From: Oscillospiraceae bacterium
GTDB taxonomy: Bacteria > Bacillota > Clostridia > Oscillospirales > Oscillospiraceae
NCBI GenBank assembly: GCA_902795345.1
Contig: CADBKO010000006.1
Location: 5,577 to 69,576, forward strand
Length of the DNA: 64,000 bases
Direction: 5' to 3'
Under the pieces are notes generated by a model. It worked only from the letters and a program-made list of their open reading frames with translations, was not told the origin of the DNA and ran no database searches. Each line of letters opens with the position of its first letter. The first letter of the stretch is position 1. This document shows positions 60,672-64,000 of this stretch, piece by piece. The translations under genes were made by a program, and so were the position numbers.

Positions 60672-61181
60672 TTACAAATCGATCTCCATGGTCTCGGTGT
60701 TGTTCACCTTGTCCAGGGCGGTCTGGGCCCGGGCCAGTTCCTCGGCAGCCGCATCTGCCGCCGCCTTGGCTTCCTCCACGTCATAGTTGGCATAGGTGTA
60801 CTCGATGACGGCGCTGTTCACCGCACTGCGGCCCTTGACCCGGGCCTTCTGGAGGACGCCGGCCATGTTCCGCAGCTTCATTTTCCGCTGGCTCAGCTGG
60901 GGGATATAGACCAGCATCTGGTCGATGGTCATGCCGAAGCCGGGGACGGAATGGGTGCTGTTGAAAACATTCAGGGCATGCTTCACCTTCCGCACTTTGG
61001 CCTCGATCTCCGCCAGCTTTCCCTGCACGGCGATGAGATCATAGGCCGGGCGGATGCTTTCCAGGTCCTCGCTGACGGCGGCCACGAAGGAAGCGCTCTG
61101 GCGCTCCAGCTCCAGCAGGGCTTCGTGTTCCTCATTGAGCCTGCGCAGCAGCTTGGCTGCTTCGGCGGACGTGTATTTCAT
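60672..61181 (-). CDS. Coiled-coil hypothetical protein
   Basis: 169 aa with SD GGGAGG. Heptad-rich (EALLELERQ..., KLAEIEAKVRKVKHAL). Confidence 0.6.
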   Translation of the reverse strand: MKYTSAEAAKLLRRLNEEHEALLELERQSASFVAAVSEDLESIRPAYDLIAVQGKLAEIEAKVRKVKHALNVFNSTHSVPGFGMTIDQMLVYIPQLSQRKMKLRNMAGVLQKARVKGRSAVNSAVIEYTYANYDVEEAKAAADAAAEELARAQTALDKVNNTETMEIDL

Positions 61182-61202
61182 ATCTCGTTCCTCCCTTTGG
61201 TA

Positions 61203-62708
61203 TTATTCTTCTTTTCCCCAGGCGCGGCTCAGCTCCACGGCCCGCTGCCAGCGGCGGTAAAGGGCGCTGCGTTTTTCCGAAGACATGACAGGGGTAAAGA
61301 CCCGCTCCGAAAGGCGCAGCTTTTCCAGCTCCTCCGGCCCGGCATAGACCCCCGCCGCCAGGCCCGCCAGGGCCGCCGCGCCGAAGGCCGTGGTCTCCAC
61401 ATTCCGGGGCCGGTCCACGGGGATATTCAGCAGGTCCGCCTGGAACTGCATCATGAAATTGCTGACGCTGGCGCCGCCGTCCACCCGCAGCTCGGTGATG
61501 GGCGAAGCGGTGTCCCCGTTCATGGTGCGCACCAGATCGGCCACCTCGTAGGCGATGGCCTCCAGCACGCTGCGGCAGAGCACGGCCTTGTCCGTGCCCC
61601 GGGTGAGGCCGAAGAAGCAGCCCCGGGCGTCCGGGTCCCAATAAGGCGCGCCCAGGCCGGTGAAAGCGGGCACGAAGTAGACCCCCTGGTTGTCCTCCGC
61701 CCGTTCCGCCAGGATATCCGTCTCATGGGCGGTGGTGACCACCCCCGCCCCGTCCCGCAGCCACTGGATGGCGCTGCCCGCGTTGAAAACGCTGCCCTCC
61801 AGCACATAGCTCACCTTCTCCCCCAGCTTCCAGCCGATGGTGGTGACCAGGCCGCTGTGGGAGGTGACCCGGTCCCCGCCCAGGTTCATGAGGGTGAAGC
61901 AGCCGGTGCCGTAGGTGTTCTTCGCCATGCCGGGTCGGAGGCAGCCCTGGCCGAAAAGGGCGGCCTGCTGGTCCCCCACGGCGGCGCAGATGGGGATGCC
62001 CGTCAGATCGCTGAAGCCGGGATGGTGGGCCACCACCCCATAGGTCTCGCTGTTGGACACCAGGCGGGGCAGCATCTGCTCCGGGATGTCCAGGGCCCGC
62101 AGGATCTCCTTATCCCAGCAGAGCTTCTCCGTGTCCAGCAGCATGGTGCGGGAAGCATTGGAAACGTCGGTGACGTGGGCCTTGCCCCCGGTGAGCTGCC
62201 AGATGAGCCAGCTCTCCACGGTTCCGAAGAGGATCTCCCCATTCTCGGCCCGGCGGCGCAGGGCCGGGTCCCGGTCCAGGAGCCATTTCAGCTTGGTGCC
62301 GGAGAAATAGGGGTCGATGATAAGGCCCGTCTTTTCCCGGATATAGGGCCCCAGGCCCGCCTTTTCCAAATCCTCGCAGATGTCCGCCGTCCGGCGGCAC
62401 TGCCAGCAGATGGCGTTGCAGACGCTCCTGCCCGTGGCCCTGTCCCAGAGGATGGTGGTCTCCCGCTGGTTGGTGATGCCGATGGCGGCGATCTCCGTGG
62501 GGCTCACGCCGCTCTTTTCATAGACCTCCGCCAGGGCGTGGAGCTGGGTCGCCAGGATCTCCTCCGGATCATGCTCCACCCAGCCGGGGCGGGGATAGAT
62601 CTGCTTCAGGGGATACTGGGCCTTCACCACGGCGTTGCCGCCAACGTCGAAGAGGATGGCCCGGGAGCTGGTGGTGCCCTGGTCCAGGGCAAGGAGATAG
62701 CCGTTCAT
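61203..62708 (-). CDS. glpK: Glycerol kinase
   Basis: Start moved to MNGYLLALDQGTTSSRAILFD (ATG 62708). Has ...GITNQRETT... and ...FGTVESWLIWQLTGG... motifs. Confidence 0.92.
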   Translation of the reverse strand: MNGYLLALDQGTTSSRAILFDVGGNAVVKAQYPLKQIYPRPGWVEHDPEEILATQLHALAEVYEKSGVSPTEIAAIGITNQRETTILWDRATGRSVCNAICWQCRRTADICEDLEKAGLGPYIREKTGLIIDPYFSGTKLKWLLDRDPALRRRAENGEILFGTVESWLIWQLTGGKAHVTDVSNASRTMLLDTEKLCWDKEILRALDIPEQMLPRLVSNSETYGVVAHHPGFSDLTGIPICAAVGDQQAALFGQGCLRPGMAKNTYGTGCFTLMNLGGDRVTSHSGLVTTIGWKLGEKVSYVLEGSVFNAGSAIQWLRDGAGVVTTAHETDILAERAEDNQGVYFVPAFTGLGAPYWDPDARGCFFGLTRGTDKAVLCRSVLEAIAYEVADLVRTMNGDTASPITELRVDGGASVSNFMMQFQADLLNIPVDRPRNVETTAFGAAALAGLAAGVYAGPEELEKLRLSERVFTPVMSSEKRSALYRRWQRAVELSRAWGKEE

Positions 62709-62794
62709 TTCATTCGTCCTTTCGGAAAATGCTTTTGTTTTTCCCGGGGTCCGTGTATACTGAGTACAAAACAACCGATCATGGAGGTCTGGAA

Positions 62795-63712
62795 ATGGTT
62801 ACGGAAGAATACGCCTCCGCCGGGGCGGGCAGCATCCGCTGCCGCATATGGGAGCCGAAGGGAGAAGCCGTCGGCGTCGTCCAGCTGGTGCACGGCATCG
62901 CGGAGCATACGGCCCGCTACGCCGACTTTGCGGTTTTCCTGGCCGAACACGGCTACGCCGTCGTGGCCGAGGACCACATGGGCCACGGGGAAAGCATCTC
63001 CGATGCGCTGGGCAAGGGCTGCATCCGGGGCGGCTGGGACGCCATGGTGACGGACGTGCACACGCTCACGGAGCGGGCGAAGGCCCGCTTTCCCGGCCTC
63101 CCCTTCTTCCTGCTGGGCCACAGCATGGGCTCCTTCCTGGCCCGGACCTATCTCTATACCTACCCCGGGGAAGCCCTGAAAGGGGCCATCCTCTCCGGCA
63201 CGGCCTGGCAGCCGGGGCCGGTGCTGGCCGCGGGAAAGCTCGTCACCGCCGGGGAAGTGCGCACCAAAGGGGCCGACACTCCCAGCGAGAAGCTGCAAAA
63301 GCTGATGTTCGGGGCTTATGGCAAGCAGTTCCCCGGGGAGACCTCCCCCGACGCCTGGATCTGCTCCGATCCCCAGGTGGTGGAACGCTACGGCGCCGAT
63401 CCCCTCAGCGGCTTCGTGCCCGGGGCGGGCCTGATCGCCGCCATGCTGGAGGGCATCGCCCGGAACCAGAAGAAGGAGAACCTGGCGAAGATGCCGAAAA
63501 CGCTGCCGGTGCTTTTCATCGCCGGGACCCGGGACCCGGTGGGGGCGGGCGGCAAGGGCGTGAAGCAGAGCTTCGGCGCTTTCCGGAAAGCGGGGATGCT
63601 GGACGCCGCGCTGAAGCTCTATGAGGGGGACCGGCACGAGGTCCTCAACGAAAAGGACAAGGCAAAGGTCTGGGCCGACGTGCTGGCCTGGCTGGAAGCC
63701 AAACGGGCCTGA
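62795..63712 (+). CDS. Alpha/beta hydrolase (lysophospholipase/monoacylglycerol-lipase-like)
   Basis: Start moved to MVTEEYASAG (ATG 62795, GGAGG 8 nt upstream). Has HGIAEH and the nucleophile elbow GHSMGS. Confidence 0.8.
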   Translation: MVTEEYASAGAGSIRCRIWEPKGEAVGVVQLVHGIAEHTARYADFAVFLAEHGYAVVAEDHMGHGESISDALGKGCIRGGWDAMVTDVHTLTERAKARFPGLPFFLLGHSMGSFLARTYLYTYPGEALKGAILSGTAWQPGPVLAAGKLVTAGEVRTKGADTPSEKLQKLMFGAYGKQFPGETSPDAWICSDPQVVERYGADPLSGFVPGAGLIAAMLEGIARNQKKENLAKMPKTLPVLFIAGTRDPVGAGGKGVKQSFGAFRKAGMLDAALKLYEGDRHEVLNEKDKAKVWADVLAWLEAKRA

Positions 63713-63750
63713 TAAACAGATTCTACCACATTTTCAAGCGGGGATAAAGA

Positions 63751-63795
63751 GGAACGGCGGAGATTTGCCCTCCGCCGTTCCTTCTGTTTTCTTTT
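63751..63795 (+). terminator. Intrinsic terminator
   Basis: ggaacggcggag-atttgcc-ctccgccgttcc followed by ttctgttttcttttt. Confidence 0.8.
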
Positions 63796-64000
63796 TCAGC
63801 TGATCCTTACGCCGTCGATAGCCAGCACCCGGCTGCCCTGGACCTCCAGCTCCACGGATTTATCCCGGCTGTATCGGTTCCAAAGGTCCTCGGAAACCTC
63901 GGCGGAATAGCTCTTGCCCTTGGCGTCGGTGAAATAGAGGATGTATTCCTCGCTGCGGCCGCCCTCCCGCTCATTGCCGCCCAGACGGGTATCCGGCCAG
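63796..64000 (-). CDS. Hypothetical protein; only the C-terminal 67 codons are in the window
   Basis: Not in the track because it is an edge ORF. My minus-strand translation is open from position 64000 to TGA at 63796-63798: ...GGNEREGGRSEEYILYFTDAKGKSYSAEVSEDLWNRYSRDKSVELEVQGSRVLAIDGVRIS*. Confidence 0.5.
   Translation of the reverse strand, partial: WPDTRLGGNEREGGRSEEYILYFTDAKGKSYSAEVSEDLWNRYSRDKSVELEVQGSRVLAIDGVRIS

Noticed and set aside
1-64000. Prophage, integrative element, toxin-antitoxin or known defence-system genes
   Set aside because: I recognised no integrase, recombinase, transposase, capsid, terminase, restriction-modification, Cas, or nuclease-ATPase defence signatures in any frame. 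The only compositional islet is the single sigma-family gene at 23.3-25.3 kb.

Overview
This is a 64-kb high-GC chromosomal segment. Gene content suggests a Clostridia/Oscillospiraceae-like Firmicute: SLH-anchored surface proteins, an ECF importer, a BceRS-BceAB-type module and glycyl-radical enzymes. This taxonomic guess is inference only. I support about 55 protein-coding genes, 2 gene relics, several intrinsic terminators and a few promoters. I found no rRNA, tRNA, CRISPR array, integrase, transposase or phage genes. Almost every real gene is shadowed by a long antisense or off-frame ORF in the supplied track, which is a high-GC artefact. I chose real frames by recognisable motifs, signal peptides, Shine-Dalgarno spacing and operon logic, and several starts were moved inward from the track's first start codon. 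Points worth a second look: (1) a ~155-bp four-way-junction-like repeat present twice in opposite orientation (42152-42306 and 48893-49046), with compensatory changes in every stem, bracketing a 4-gene block (HD-RyR protein, TldD, PmbA, secreted transglutaminase-like protein); (2) an AT-rich patch with six back-to-back perfect hairpins upstream of a glycyl-radical enzyme (GRE); (3) two intact GREs (one with an unusual G-C-Q-E thiyl loop) plus a deletion relic that keeps only the glycyl-radical domain, with no activase anywhere in the window; (4) a surface 'split transcobalamin-like' pair (alpha/alpha-toroid SLH protein plus DUF4430 lipoprotein) in an operon with a dedicated ECF transporter whose fused ATPase runs into a membrane domain; (5) a single-gene low-GC islet encoding a sigma-70-family protein with a ~400-aa extension; (6) further palindromic or structured intergenic elements and an in-frame SD-led upstream ORF ahead of a MATE pump. 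All functional calls come from reading translated motifs. No database search was run.
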